Of a stretch of 64,000 nt of DNA, positions 1-16,196 are shown one piece after another (the first letter of the stretch is position 1; each line of letters opens with the position of its first letter). Under the pieces are notes generated by a model that was given only the letters and a program-made list of their open reading frames with translations, was not told where the DNA came from and did not search any database. The stretch is from Eledone cirrhosa (lineage: Eukaryota), in assembly GCA_964016885.1 (NCBI GenBank), contig OZ024750.1, positions 25,854,001 through 25,918,000 on the forward strand. The letters run 5' to 3'. A program made the position numbers and the translations under genes.

Positions 1-703
1 TATATATATATATATATATATGTGTATGTGTGTATATCACCTAAATAATCACCAAAGTAAACATACAGAAAATATAAATAAACTGAAACAATTGTATACA
101 ACTTTGTCAATGCTGATGAAACCAATAACGTATACAACATGGATAAAATAGAACCACCGAAATAATAAACAGGGAGTTAAGTAAGATATATAAAAAGAGA
201 CTTTAAAGTGAAGTCTGGATAGGGCAATGGAAGAGATAAATTAGATAGTAACTAAACGCAATGTAGAAATTGGATTAAACACTATCAACCGATAGAAACG
301 CAGATAATACTGAAGGATCACAAACCGAATTACAACATTGACGTCAGAGTCAGACATATTGTGTAATTCAGGTCGGTCATTGAAGTAATAAGCAACATTC
401 TAATTAGTGTCTTCGCCAATGAAGACACTAAGGACGGCAAAAGATTGTTCTTACAGTTTCTATATTACCATGAGAACCAGTGACTCAGAGCAGGTGACCG
501 ATCACGTGAGGTATGTGAAGAAGTGTTTTCTGGGTTTCAGCAGAGGATTATATCACGATGATGCCCTATGTATCTCACTCAAACATAAAAAGACCGATTA
601 GAGCGGATGAAGATGTAAATATCTTAAGTTTTCAAGAACATAAAACAAGAAGTCGCAATCTACAGTAAACATTAAAAATCTGATCCATCAATTCTTCGAC
701 ATT

Positions 704-742
<39 letters not shown>

Positions 743-809
743 CAAATAACGAAACGAAATTAAATTTCGTTTCATTTGTAACTCACTTTTGTATGACTGA
801 CGCTTAAAC

Positions 810-1653
810 AATTAAGTTAAAGATGTACATCCATATATGTATACTGAAATACTAGTATGTATATGAATACACACACGTATACATATGTAGATGTACCAAG
901 TTTTTTCACTGGTCACTTTACTGTGAGTGGCCAGCTATTCTGTATGTAAACACACAGACAAACCGGTTTTTAGAGTCATACTGGTTTTTGAGGAAACACC
1001 TTTCCTCTATTCTCCAGAAAGCCAGACAAGGAATATTGAACTAGTTTCGTTGTTGTTACAACTCATCAGCAATATTTACCTATCTTCCGGCCTCTCTAGA
1101 GAATCGTAAAAGCACATATCGTTATATGCTTTTTCTATGAAAATTAGTAGTGGGCATACTAATTTGCATAGAGTGTGAGTAAGTACCGGTTCAACGGAGA
1201 CGATAAAAACAAATAACGAAACGAAATTAAATTTAATTTCGTTTCGTTATTTGTTTTTATCGTCTCCGTTGAACCGGTACTTACTCACACTCTATGCAAA
1301 TTAGTATGCCCACAACTAATTTTCATAGAAAAAGCATATAACGATATGTGCTTTTACGATTCTCTAGAGAGGCCGGAAGATAGGTAAATATTGCTGATGA
1401 GTTGTAACAACAACGAAACTAGTTCAATATTCCTTGTCTGGCTTTCTGGAGAATAGAGGAAAGGTGTTTCCTCAAAAACCAGTATGACTCTAAAAACCGG
1501 TTTGTCTGTGTGTTTACATACAGAATAGCTGGCCACTCACAGTAAAGTGACCAGTGAAAAAACTTGGTACATCTACATATGTATACGTGTGTGTATTCAT
1601 ATACATACTAGTATTTCAGTATACATATATGGATGTACATCTTTAACTTAATT
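810..1653. mobile_element. Spacerless 844-bp palindrome (422-bp arms), PLE pLTR-type fold-back insertion in (TA)n
   Basis: Axis 1231/1232 (gaaattaaa|tttaatttc); one mismatch seen; each arm carries a hammerhead motif. Confidence 0.85.
1387..1431 (+). ncRNA. Minimal type-I hammerhead ribozyme motif (mirror copy 1032-1076, - strand)
   Basis: AATATTG-CTGATGA-GTTG taacaa CAAC-GAAA-CTAG-TT-CAATATT. Confidence 0.85.
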
Positions 1654-1699
1654 ATATATATAAACATATATATATATATATGTTTCCTGATGCATGTTA

Positions 1700-1762
<63 letters not shown>

Positions 1763-1763
1763 T

Positions 1764-2178
<415 letters not shown>

Positions 2179-2284
2179 CTTTCACTCGTGTAGGACACCT
2201 CGGTTATTGTTCATTTTGTTAAAAAAAACCTCACTTTCTAATGTATATATATATATATATATACATGTATATATATATATATAC

Positions 2285-2399
<115 letters not shown>

Positions 2400-2608
2400 A
2401 GTATGTATATATACACGGGATAACAGGTTATCGTTAGATGTAGTCCAGTTGGAGTACTCCGTGTACTGGATAGTATTAACGTGTGGCTTAGTTTGACTCA
2501 ACAAGACGTTTCCATAGTGATGCACAAGATGGCGTAGGACAGAACAAAGTAGAGGCACAAAAACAAAGAAAAAGAATCCCCAGTCACTGAAGAGGTCACA
2601 GAGTGTGT

Positions 2609-2659
2609 GAAGTTGTTCAGATGGATGTACTCCAGGTCATATTGGTGACAATTGCCAAG
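2609..2659 (+). pseudogene. 3' half of an EGF exon ([16 protein letters not shown]|gt); copies at 9129-9179, ~15708-15758, ~22615-22665
   Basis: Acceptor and 5' half are replaced by a PLE-type short element. Confidence 0.8.
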
Positions 2660-2848
2660 GTATATCATAAACTTGTTACATAATTACTATAATTCCTATA
2701 TACACACACACATATATATATGTTCATGTGTGTGTTTGTGTGTGTGGGTGTGTGGGGAGTGTGGGTGCGTGTGTGTAGCTGCATGTGTGTGTGTGTGTGT
2801 GTGTGTGTAAATTTGATGTTTAATATAGAAATCTTATATATATTTCAG

Positions 2849-2983
2849 ATTGCCTGGTAGGACGGTTTGGTGTTAAGTGTGAAGGAGTATGCCATTGTTT
2901 CGACAACATTAACTGTGACCATCGAAATGGAAGTTGTTCAGATGGATGTGCTGCAGGTTATGTTGGTGACACTTGCCAAGAAG
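2849..2983 (+). CDS. EGF-like exon 1: DCLVGRFGVKCEGVCHCFDNINCDHRNGSCSDGCAAGYVGDTCQE
   Basis: 135 nt, tttcag|AT...GAAG|gtatat, phase 1-1, 8 Cys, no stop. Confidence 0.85.
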
Positions 2984-3019
2984 GTATATCATAAACTTGT
3001 TACGTATTTACTATAATTA

Positions 3020-3075
<56 letters not shown>

Positions 3076-3204
3076 GTACACACTCACACATATTCACACA
3101 TATATATGTATGTGTTTCTGTGTGTATGTGTGTGTTTGTGTGTGTGTGCATATGTTTGTGTGTGTGGAAATATGATGTTTAATATAGAAATCGCTTCTAC
3201 AGGA

Positions 3205-3766
3205 ATTAGTAGCCGTACAGTGTTCAGCAACCATGGTTGCCATTTTGTTCAACACTGACAAAGGAACGATGAACTAGATTCTAGCTCATTAGCTGTCATC
3301 AGCACTATATACCTTCCTGTCAGTTGATTGAACGTTTGAAAGTATATACTTTGCTGATGCATATTAACGGCTGAGCAGCCTAATTTGCATATCGAGTGAG
3401 TACATATCTATATGTGTGCATGTATGTACGAATATACATACTACTGTACGTCTGTATACATACATGTATGTACGTATACATACTTATATTTAAGTATCAG
3501 CCGTACTAAGAATGAGAAATGAAATTTCATTTTTTCCATTTATCGTTTTCGGTACGCCCGGCCGACTAACTCACTCGAAATGTAAATTAGGCTGCTCAGT
3601 CGTTAATATGCATAAGGAAAGTATATACTTTCAAACGGTCAATCAACTGACAGGAAAGTATACGGTGCTGATGACAGCCAATAATTTAGAAACTAGTTCA
3701 TCGTTCCTTTGTCAGTGTTGAACAAAATGGCAACGATGGTTGCCGAACACTGTACAGCTAATAATT
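3205..3766. mobile_element. Inverted-repeat PLE-type element with hammerhead motif (3662-3704 +, mirror ~3266-3307 -); present in each large unit, with relatives at ~24095-24735 and ~41180-41560
   Basis: Arms 3205-3401 / 3569-3766; ACGGTG-CTGATGA-...-GAAA-CTAG-TT-CATCGT. Confidence 0.75.
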
Positions 3767-3939
3767 AGGGCTGTTTGTTCACAAACAAACCGTGCATTAT
3801 AATAAATGTTCGGTAAACCCATACGTACATATATATATATATATATGTGCATGTATGTATATATATTCGTAGAGGCGCATGGATGAGTTATATGGGAAAC
3901 AGCTGCAACACAGGTATTTCCTAATGATGCTAAGTATTT

Positions 3940-4024
<85 letters not shown>

Positions 4025-4169
4025 TAAGAAAATGCGAAGTAGTTTCAGATATATTATCCATTTATTGAACGTACGGTAGAACGGAATGTAAATTATAGTA
4101 TGAAACGTAGTAATTAGGCAAACAATTAGTTAATATCTTCTTCTATCATATGAATCAAAACAAAACAAA

Positions 4170-4645
4170 AAGTTCTTCATCCTCAGTGTATACTGATTAA
4201 TGTTCAGAGCGATCCTTAGCATTCTCGTGTAGCGCACATCCACTATCTGAGTAAGTTTCTTGGTCAGTGCCCCAGTCTCAGACCCATACAGTAGCACAGA
4301 CGCCACTACAGCAACGAAGAGACTGATCTTCAGGTCTTTACGAAGGTCCGACTTCCACACCGAGCTCAAACTGTGGCACGCCGCCCAGGCTTTGCTATTC
4401 CACTCTACCACATCACCTTCTGTATTCCCAATTTGCTCCCAGATACAGGAAGTCTTCAACCAATTCTAGCGGCTCCCCCCCCTACATTAGTAATCTTCTC
4501 TGGCTTCTTAATATTCTCTACCATATACTTCATCTTAATCTCATTCATTCAAAGCCCCATACTCATCGACACAGTCTCCACCGCCTGCATCAAATCCTAT
4601 GCCTCCTTCACTGTGTTTTTCACTGGAACTATGTCATCGACAAAT
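4170..4645 (-). mobile_element. Older RTE RT/thumb fragment; copies ~10678-11155 and ~17285-17760
   Basis: SKAWAACHSLSSVWKSDLRKDLKI.LFVAVVASVLLYGSET matches the 32923 ORF; frameshifted. Confidence 0.9.
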
Positions 4646-5176
4646 TAGTTATGTAGATTTCTAGCCAGTATAGAGAAGGTTAATGTGCTCAAGGCATATA
4701 AGTTGTTAGACTAGCGAACCATGCGATTAAATGTAATGAGAGATAGCTTAACAATCGTATAATAAGCAGAGGAAAAACCGTTTTTAAAATACTGGAGAGA
4801 ATAACAAAGATTTATGAATACATGTATATATATTTAATGGCTGACAAGTATGGCAGCGAAAAAAATTTATAACAGCCATTTTGTGTGGCTGCTATAACGT
4901 CCTTTCACTTCCAACCTTTTAATATCAATATTCCACATTTAAAGAAGGTTTTTCACTTCGGTGATATAATTTAATTCATGAATTAATATGTTATGAAGAA
5001 TTTTTTTTTGTAGGCTCTGATGATAATAGAAATTTTTATTGGAATAATATCGATTTATATTCGATATCCCAACATGTATGTCCATCCTTACTGTGCAATA
5101 TTTGAAAAACCTTGTCAGCCATTAAATATATACATATATTTATAAATCTTTGTTATTCTCTCCAGCATTGTCAATA

Positions 5177-5287
<111 letters not shown>

Positions 5288-5352
5288 CATATATATTTCG
5301 TTTCTGAATTTGTTTAGCAAGTTTCTTTATCTGAAAACGTTTGTTGAAACCG

Positions 5353-5870
5353 ATATTGTTATACTTTGGGAGGGTCATGTTGCCAATAAGAAAAACACGC
5401 ACCAGTTGCTTTCACTTTAATTTATTATAATAAATTTATAAATTTAGGAATTTATAAATTTCCGGTTGGTTGGTTGGTTCCACAACCAGGTGGTTGTTTA
5501 TATATTGTCAAAGTTCTTTCGTCACACATTCTGTAAATAAACAAATAAATAAACGAATATAAACACACACAGACACCAGGATGTGGCGCATCCGCAGACT
5601 GAGCACACAACACACACACAGAAACAAAATGGCGTAGGACAGAACAAAGGAGAGGCACAAAAACAAAGAAAAGAATCCCCAGTCACTGAAGAGGTCACAT
5701 AATGTGTGACGAAAGAACTTTGACAATATATAAACAACCACCTGGTTGTGGAACCAACCAACCAACCGGAAATTTATAAATTCCTAAATTTATAAATTTA
5801 TTATAATAAATTGAAGTGAAAGCAGCTGGTGCGTGTGTTTCTTATTGGCAACATGACCCTCCCAAAGTAT

Positions 5871-5878
<8 letters not shown>
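5353..5878. mobile_element. Inverted-repeat PLE-type element; copies ~11872-12397 and ~18424-18949
   Basis: Arms 5353-5530 / 5701-5878; right end runs into (TA)n. Confidence 0.8.
5682..5724 (+). ncRNA. Minimal hammerhead motif (copy 12201-12243; copy at ~18753 is mutated)
   Basis: GTCA-CTGAAGA-gGTCACA taatg TGTGAC-GAAA-GAAC-TT-TGAC. Confidence 0.8.
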
Positions 5879-5933
<55 letters not shown>

Positions 5934-6112
5934 TACAATATCGTGAGAGAGGATAGAGAGATGAGGTAAAAGAGAAACGATACAGAGGATTATTTGCCAA
6001 AATGTGCTCGATGCTTATGTAAACAGGTTTAAACATTAGAGGCGTTAATATTTAGTGTACGAAGTTAAGCAGAGCAATTATAATCGAAATAATTGATGAA
6101 AGAGAAGCAAGC

Positions 6113-7113
6113 CGTTAAAACACATTTATAAAAATCTCTTACATATGTTTCGCCCAATGGGGCTAGTCTGAGGCGGTTAAATAGGCAAAGAAATCAATAA
6201 TTGTTTCTACTTTAGGCACAAGGCCAGCAATTACCCAGTGCATTACTGGTACTTTATTTTATCGACCCCGTAAGGATGAAAGGCAAAGAACTTAATAATG
6301 AACCCTGTAAGGTTACGAGCAAAATTTTAATATCGAAATCCATTACTTCGTGTTACAAAATGGAGTCAAGATCTTTGTTACTAAGGGAAGTATTTCCGGT
6401 GCAAGCTAAAGTTATCTCTTTGATCAATGACCGCTATTAACAAATTATATTTCTTGTTATAAGGTGTTAATTTAATTATGGTTTGTAAAGTCAATTTAAT
6501 GAGGCACTGTTTTAGTATCAATTATGAGTAAGGTAATTAAAGACTTTACACTAGTTTAGTTAGTACATAGCTGCAATATCAATGTAGGCTTAAGAGTCTA
6601 GAAATGTAAAGACATATAAGATGGATTCAGTATAATTATATGATCATATGTCTACAGTGTTTAAAGGGTATAATCACCAGTTCTGTAATATTACCCAAAG
6701 TTTAGTCTATCAGTGTTGGAGAATACAAAAGGGTAATCTCGTCTGAAAATATGCAGTGCAGCTCCCTGGAGGGACGACGGGGGTTGGATGATGGTATTGT
6801 TCAAAGATGTTCAATTTTAAGTCTACCATTTTAAGTCGAGCCAGGGCACAGAGTTGGAGGACCCGGGTGTTATGGTTTTTGAGTATTAGCCGGGATCCAT
6901 CTATAGAAGGACTGTTGTAGTCTATGGCCACAATTGATGACAGTTTCGGCTCGACTATTAATGAGGTGCTTGTAACACGAAGTAATGCATTTCGATGTTA
7001 AAATTTTGCTTGTACCCTTACAGGGTTCATTATTAATTTCTTTGCCTATTTAACCGCTTCAGACGAGCCCCATTGCGCGAAACATATGTAAGAGATTTTT
7101 ATAAATCTGTTTT
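6113..7113. mobile_element. PLE-type element with inverted ends, degenerate hammerhead (7056-7094) and a nested SINE 3' fragment (~6200-6288); repeated in units 2 and 3
   Basis: 6113-6357 is inverted relative to 6971-7113; CAGACGA-GCCC catt GCGC-GAAA-CATATG-TA. Confidence 0.6.
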
Positions 7114-7174
7114 AACCGGTTGCTACTCTTTCATCAATGTTTTCGATTATATAAATATATATGTATATATATAC

Positions 7175-7362
<188 letters not shown>

Positions 7363-7364
7363 AT

Positions 7365-7396
<32 letters not shown>

Positions 7397-7398
7397 TG

Positions 7399-7465
<67 letters not shown>

Positions 7466-7503
7466 TGGGGTGTATATATATATATGTGTATATATATATA
7501 TGC

Positions 7504-7557
<54 letters not shown>

Positions 7558-8227
7558 ATATCACCTAAGTAATCACCAAAGTAAACATACAGAAAATATA
7601 AATAAACTGAAACAATTGTATACAACTTTGTCAATGCTGATGAAACCAATAACGTATACAACATGGATAAAATAGAACCACCGAAATAATAAACAGGGAG
7701 TTATGTAAGATATATAAAAAGAGACTTTAAAGTGAAGTCTGGATAGGGCAATTGAAGAGATAAATTAGATAGTAACTAAACGCAATGTAGAAATTGGATT
7801 AAACACTATCAACCGATAGAAACGCAGATAATACTGAAGGATCACAAACCGAATTACAACATTGACGTCAGAGTCAGACATATTGTGTAATTCAGGTCGG
7901 TCATTGAAGTAATAAGCAACATTCTAATTAGTGTCTTCGCCAATGAAGACACTAAGGACGGCAAAAGATTGTTCTTACAGTTTCTATATTACCATGAGAA
8001 CCAGTGACTCAGAGCAGGTGACCGATCACGTGAGGTATGTGAAGAAGTGTTTTCTGGGTTTCAGCAGAGGATTATATCACGATGATGCCCTATGTATCTC
8101 ACTCAAACATAAAAAGACCGATTAGAGCGGATGAAGATGTAAATATCTTAAGTTTTCAAGAACATAAAACAAGAAATCGCAATCTACAGTAAACATTAAA
8201 AATCTGATCCATCAATTCTTCGACATT

Positions 8228-8305
<78 letters not shown>

Positions 8306-8341
8306 ATATATATATATATATATGTTTCCTGATGCATGTTA

Positions 8342-8401
<60 letters not shown>

Positions 8402-8748
8402 AAGAAAAAGAGATGAAATCGAAAATGCAACTGGAGTCTTATTTTTTTTTTAAATATATATATTTATTTGGTTCCTTTACCGGTTTCGCAGTTCTTCTGC
8501 TTTTCAAAAGGTGAGTTGAGATGGAGGGTCTCTGGTTTTTCTCAAAAATTACAGACCCTCCATCTCAACTCACCTTTTGAAAAGCAGAAGAACTGCGAAA
8601 CCGGTAAAGGAACCAAATAAATATATATATTTAAAAAAAAAATAAGACTCCAGTTGCATTTTCGATTTCATCCCCTTTTCTTTATACTTTCACTCGTGTA
8701 GGACACCTCGGTTATTGTTCATTTTGTTAAAAAAAACCTCACTTTCTA

Positions 8749-8799
<51 letters not shown>

Positions 8800-8802
8800 T
8801 AC

Positions 8803-8921
<119 letters not shown>

Positions 8922-9301
8922 TATGTATATATACACGGGATAACAGGTTATCGTTAGATGTAGTCCAGTTGGAGTACTCCGTGTACTGGATAGTATTAAC
9001 GTGTGGCTTAGTTTGACTCAACAAGACGTTTCCATAGTGATGCACAAGATGGCGTAGGACAGAACAAAGTAGAGGCACAAAAACAAAGAAAAAGAATCCC
9101 CAGTCACTGAAGAGGTCACAGAGTGTGTGAAGTTGTTCAGATGGATGTACTCCAGGTCATATTGGTGACAATTGCCAAGGTATATCATAAACTTGTTACA
9201 TAATTACTATAATTCCTATATACACACACACATATATATATGTTCATGTGTGTGTTTGTGTGTGTGGGTGTGTGGGGAGTGTGGGTGCGTGTGTGTAGCT
9301 G

Positions 9302-9343
<42 letters not shown>

Positions 9344-9378
9344 TGATGTTTAATATAGAAATCTTATATATATTTCAG

Positions 9379-9513
9379 ATTGCCTGGTAGGACGGTTTGG
9401 TGTTAAGTGTGAAGGAGTATGCCATTGTTTCGACAACATTAACTGTGACCATCGAAATGGAAGTTGTTCAGATGGATGTGCTGCAGGTTATGTTGGTGAC
9501 ACTTGCCAAGAAG
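9379..9513 (+). CDS. EGF-like exon 2 (copy of exon 1)
   Basis: 135 nt, same splice sites and sequence as 2849-2983. Confidence 0.85.
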
Positions 9514-9549
9514 GTATATCATAAACTTGTTACGTATTTACTATAATTA

Positions 9550-9600
<51 letters not shown>

Positions 9601-10463
9601 CACACACACGTACACACTCACACATATATATGTATGTGTTTCTGTGTGTATGTGTGTGTTTGTGTGTGTGTGCATATGTTTGTGTGTGTGGAAATATGAT
9701 GTTTAATATAGAAATCGCTTCTACAGGAATTAGTAGCCGTACAGTGTTCAGCAACCATGGTTGCCATTTTGTTCAACACTGACAAAGGAACGATGAACTA
9801 GTTTCTAGCTCATTAGCTGTCATCAGCACTATATACCTTCCTGTCAGTTGATTGAACGTTTGAAAGTATATACTTTCCTGATGCATATTAACGGCTGAGC
9901 AGCCTAATTTGCATATCGAGTGAGTACATATCTATATGTGTGCATGTATGTACGAATATACATACTACTGTACGTCTGTATACATACATGTATGTACGTA
10001 TACATACTTATATTTAAGTATCAGCCGTACTAAGAATGAGAAATGAAATTTCATTTTTTCCATTTATCGTTTTCGGTACGCCCGGCCGACTAACTCACTC
10101 GAAATGTAAATTAGGCTGCTCAGTCGTTAATATGCATAAGGAAAGTATATACTTTCAAACGGTCAATCAACTGACAGGAAAGTATACGGTGCTGATGACA
10201 GCCAATAATTTAGAAACTAGTTCATCGTTCCTTTGTCAGTGTTGAACAAAATGGCAACGATGGTTGCCGAACACTGTACAGCTAATAATTAGGGCTGTTT
10301 GTTCACAAACAAACCGTGCATTATAATAAATGTTCGGTAAACCCATACGTACATATATATATATATATATGTGCATGTATGTATATATATTCGTAGAGGC
10401 GCATGGATGAGTTATATGGGAAACAGCTGCAACACAGGTATTTCCTAATGATGCTAAGTATTT

Positions 10464-10532
<69 letters not shown>

Positions 10533-11688
10533 TAAGAAAATGCGAAGTAGTTTCAGATATATTATCCATTTATTGAACGTACGGTATAACGGAATGTAAA
10601 TTATAGTATGAAACGTAGTAATTAGGCAAACAATTAGTTAATATCTTCTTCTATCATATGAATCAAAACAAAACAAAAAGTTCTTCATCCTCAGTGTATA
10701 CTGATTAATGTTCAGAGCGATCCTTAGCATTCTCGTGTAGCGCACATCCAATATCTGAGTAAGTTTCTTGGTCAGTGCCCCAGTCTCAGACCCATACAGT
10801 AGCACAGACGCCACTACAGCAACGAAGAGACGGATCTTCAGGTCTTTACGAAGGTCCGACTTCCACACCGAGCTCAAACTGTGGCACGCCGCCCAGGCTT
10901 TGCTATTCCACTCTACCACATCACCTTCTGTATTCCCAATTTGCTCCCAGATACAGGAAGTCTTCAACCAATTCTAGCGGCCCCCCCCCCCCTACATTAG
11001 TAATCTTCTCTGGCTTCTTAATATTCTCTACCATATACTTCATCTTAATCTCATTCATTCAAAGCCCCATACTCATCGACACAGTCTCCACCGCCTGCAT
11101 CAAATCCTATGCCTCCTTCACTGTGTTTTTCACTGGAACTATGTCATCGACAAATTAGTTATGTAGATTTCTAGCCAGTATAGAGAAGGTTAATGTGCTC
11201 AATGCATATAAGTTGTTAGACTAGCGAACCATGCGATTAAATGTAATGAGAGATAGCTTAACAATCGTATAATAAGCAGAGGAAAAAGCGTTTTTAAAAT
11301 GCTGGAGAGAATAACAAAGATTTATGAATACATGTATATATATTTAATGGCTGACAAGTATGGCAGCGAAAAAAATTTATAACAGCCATTTTGTGTGGCT
11401 GCTATAACGTCCTTTCACTTCCAACCTTTTAATATATCAATATTCCACATTTAAAGAAGGTTTTTCACTTCGGTGATATAATTTAATTCATGAATTAATA
11501 TGTTATGAAGAATTTTTTTTTGTAGGCTCTGATGATAATAGTAATTTTTATTGGAATAATATCGATTTATATTCGATATCCCAACATGTATGTCCATCCT
11601 TACTGTGCAATATTTGAAAAACCTTGTCAGCCATTAAATATATACATATATTTATAAATCTTTGTTATTCTCTCCAGCATTGTCAATA

Positions 11689-11805
<117 letters not shown>

Positions 11806-12389
11806 ACATATATATTTCGTTTCTGAATTTGTTTAGCAAGATTCTTTATCTGAAAACGTTTGTTGAAACCGATATTGTTATACTTTGGGAGGGTCATGTT
11901 GCCAATAAGAAAAACACGCACCAGTTGCTTTCACTTTAATTTATTATAATAAATTTATAAATTTAGGAATTTATAAATTTCCGGTCGGTTGGTTGGTTCC
12001 ACAACCAGGTGGTTGTTTATATATTGTCAAAGTTCTTTCGTCACACATTCTGTAAATAAACAAATAAATAAACGAATATAAACACACACAGACACCCGGA
12101 TGTGGCGCATCCGCAGACTGAGCACACAACACACACACAGAAACAAAATGGCGTAGGACAGAACAAAGGAGAGGCACAAAAACAAAGAAAAGAATCCCCA
12201 GTCACTGAAGAGGTCACATAATGTGTGACGAAAGAACTTTGACAATATATAAACAACCACCTGGTTGTGGAACCAACCAACCAACCGGAAATTTATAAAT
12301 TCCTAAATTTATAAATTTATTATAATAAATTGAAGTGAAAGCAGCTGGTGCGTGTGTTTCTTATTGGCAACATGACCCTCCCAAAGTAT

Positions 12390-12452
<63 letters not shown>

Positions 12453-13695
12453 TACAATATCGTGAGAGAGGATAGAGAGATGAGGTAAAAGAGAAACGAT
12501 ACAGAGGATTATTTGCCAAAATGTGCTCGATGCTTATGTAAACAGGTTTAAACATTAGAGGCGTTAATATTTGGTGTACGAAGTTAAGCAGAGCAATTAT
12601 AATCGAAATAATTGATGAAAGAGAAGCAAGCCGTTAAAACACATTTATAAAAATCTCTTACATATGTTTCGCCCAATGGGGCTAGTCTGAGGCGGTTAAA
12701 TAGGCAAAGAAATCAATAATTGTTTCTACTTTAGGCACAAGGCCAGCAATTGCCCAGTGCATTACTGGTACTTTATTTTATCGACCCCGTAAGGATGAAA
12801 GGCAAAGAACTTAATAATGAACCCTGTAAGGTTACGAGCAAAATTTTAATATCGAAATCCATTACTTCGTGTTACAAAATGGAGTCAAGATCTTTGTTAC
12901 TAAGGGAAGTATTTCCGGTGCAAGCTAAAGTTATCTCTTTGATCAATGACCGCTATTAACAAATTATATTTCTTGTTATAAGGTGTTAATTTAATTATGG
13001 TTTGTAAAGTCAATTTAATGAGGCACTGTTTTAGTATCAATTATGAGTAAGGTAATTAAAGACTTTACACTAGTTTAGTTAGTACATAGCTGCAATATCA
13101 ATGTAGGCTTAAGAGTCTAGAAATGTAAAGACATATAAGATGGATTCAGTATAATTATATGATCATATGTCTACAGTGTTTAAAGGGTATAATCACCAGT
13201 TCTGTAATATTACCCAAAGTTTAGTCTATCAGTGTTGGAGAATACAAAAGGGTAATCTCGTCTGAAAATATGCAGTGCAGCTCCCTGGAGGGACGACGGG
13301 GGTTGGATGATGGTATTGTTCAAAGATGTTCAATTTTAAGTCTACCATTTTAGGTCGAGCCAGGGCACAGAGTTGGAGACCCTGGGTGTTATGGTTTTTG
13401 AGTATTAGCCGGGATCCATCTATAGAAGGACTGTTGTAATCTATGGCCACAATTGATGACAGTTTCGGCTCGACTATTAATGAGGTGCTTGTAACACGAA
13501 GTAATGCATTTCGATGTTAAAATTTTGCTTGTACCCTTACAGGGTTCATTATTAATTTCTTTGCCTATTTAACCGCTTCATACGAGCACCATTGCGCGAA
13601 ACATATGTAAGAGATTTTTATAAATCTGTTTTAACCGGTTGCTACTCTTTCATCAATGTTTTCGATTATATAAATATATATGTATATATATATAC

Positions 13696-13728
<33 letters not shown>

Positions 13729-13732
13729 CATG

Positions 13733-13921
<189 letters not shown>

Positions 13922-14591
13922 ATATCACCTAAGTAATCACCAAAGTAAACATACAGAAAATATAAATAAACTGAAACAATTGTATACAACTTTGTCAATG
14001 CTGATGAAACCAATAACGTATACAACATGGATAAAGTAGAACCACCGAAATAATAAACAGGGAGTTATGTAAGATATATAAAAAGAGACTTTAAAGTGAA
14101 GTCTGGATAGGGCAATGGAAGAGATGAATTAGATAGTAACTAAACGCAATATAGAAATTGGATTAAACACTATCAACCGATAGAAACGCAGATAATACTG
14201 AAGGATCACAAACCGAATTACAACATTGACGTCAGAGTCAGACATATTGTGTAATTCAGGTCGGTCATTGAAGTAATAAGCAACATTCTAATTAGTGTCT
14301 TCGCCAATGAAGACACTAAGGACGGCAAAAGATTGTTCGTACAGTTTCTATATTACCATGAGAACCAGTGACACAGAGCAGGTGACCGATCACGTGAGGT
14401 ATGTGAAGAAGTGTTTTCTGGGTTTCAGCAGAGGATTATATCACGATTATGCCCTATGTATCCCACTCAAACATAAAAAGACCGATTAGAGCGGATGAAG
14501 ATGTAAATATCTTAAGTTTTCAAGAACATAAAACTAGAAGTCGCAATCTACTGTAAACATTAAAAATCTGATCTATCAATTCTTCGACATT

Positions 14592-14752
<161 letters not shown>

Positions 14753-14806
14753 TACATATATATATATACATATATATATATATTATTGTATATATATATA
14801 TATATA

Positions 14807-14846
<40 letters not shown>

Positions 14847-14878
14847 TACATATATATATATACATATATATATATATT

Positions 14879-14976
<98 letters not shown>

Positions 14977-15323
14977 AAGAAAAAGAGATGAAATCGAAAA
15001 TGCAACTGGAGTCTTATTTTTTTTTAAAATATATATATTTATTTGGTTCCTTTACCGGTTTCGCAGTTCTTCTGCTTTTCAAAAGGTGAGTTGAGATGGA
15101 GGGTCTCTGGTTTTTCTCAAAAATTACAGACCCTCCATCTCAACTCACCTTTTGAAAAGCAGAAGAACTGCGAAACCGGTAAAGGAACCAAATAAATATA
15201 TATATTTAAAAAAAAAATAAGACTCCAGTTGCATTTTCAATTTCATCCCCTTTTCTTTATACTTTCACTCGTGTAGGACACCTCGGTTATTGTTCATTTT
15301 GTTAAAAAAAACCTCACTTTCTA

Positions 15324-15361
<38 letters not shown>

Positions 15362-15377
15362 ATATATATATATATAC

Positions 15378-15499
<122 letters not shown>

Positions 15500-15943
15500 G
15501 TATGTATATATACACGGGATAACAGGTTATCGTTAGATGTAGTCCAGTTGGAGTACTCCGTGTACTGGATAGTATTAACGTGTGGCTTAGTTTGACTCAA
15601 CAAGACGTTTCCATAGTGATGCACAAGATGGCGTAGGACAGAACAAAGTAGAGGCACAAAAACAAAGAAAAAGAATCCCCACTCACTGAAGAGGTCACAG
15701 AGTGTGTGAAGTTGTTCAGATGGATGTACTCCAGGTCATATTGGTGACAATTGCCAAGGTATATCATAAAATTGTTACATAATTACTATAATTCCTATAT
15801 ACACACACACATATATATATGTTCATGTGTGTGTTTGTGTGTGTGGGTGTGTGGGGAGTGTGGGTGCGTGTGTGTAGCTGCATGTGTGTGTGTGTGTGTG
15901 TGTAAATTTGATGTTTAATATAGAAATCTTATATATATTTCAG

Positions 15944-16078
15944 ATTGCCTGGTAGGACGGTTTGGTGTTAAGTGTGAAGGAGTATGCCATTGTTTCGACA
16001 ACATTAACTGTGACCATCGAAATGGAAGTTGTTCAGATGGATGTGCTGCAGGTTATGTTGGTGACACTTGCCAAGAAG
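15944..16078 (+). CDS. EGF-like exon 3 (copy of exon 1)
   Basis: 135 nt, AG/GT intact. Confidence 0.85.
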
Positions 16079-16114
16079 GTATATCATAAACTTGTTACGT
16101 ATTTACCATAATTA

Positions 16115-16196
<82 letters not shown>

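Noticed and set aside
407-601. 64-aa ORF repeated four times
   Set aside because: Repetition reflects the segmental duplication; GTG start and no recognisable domain
927-1536. Identical 60-aa ORF pair on opposite strands
   Set aside because: By-product of the palindrome; no protein features
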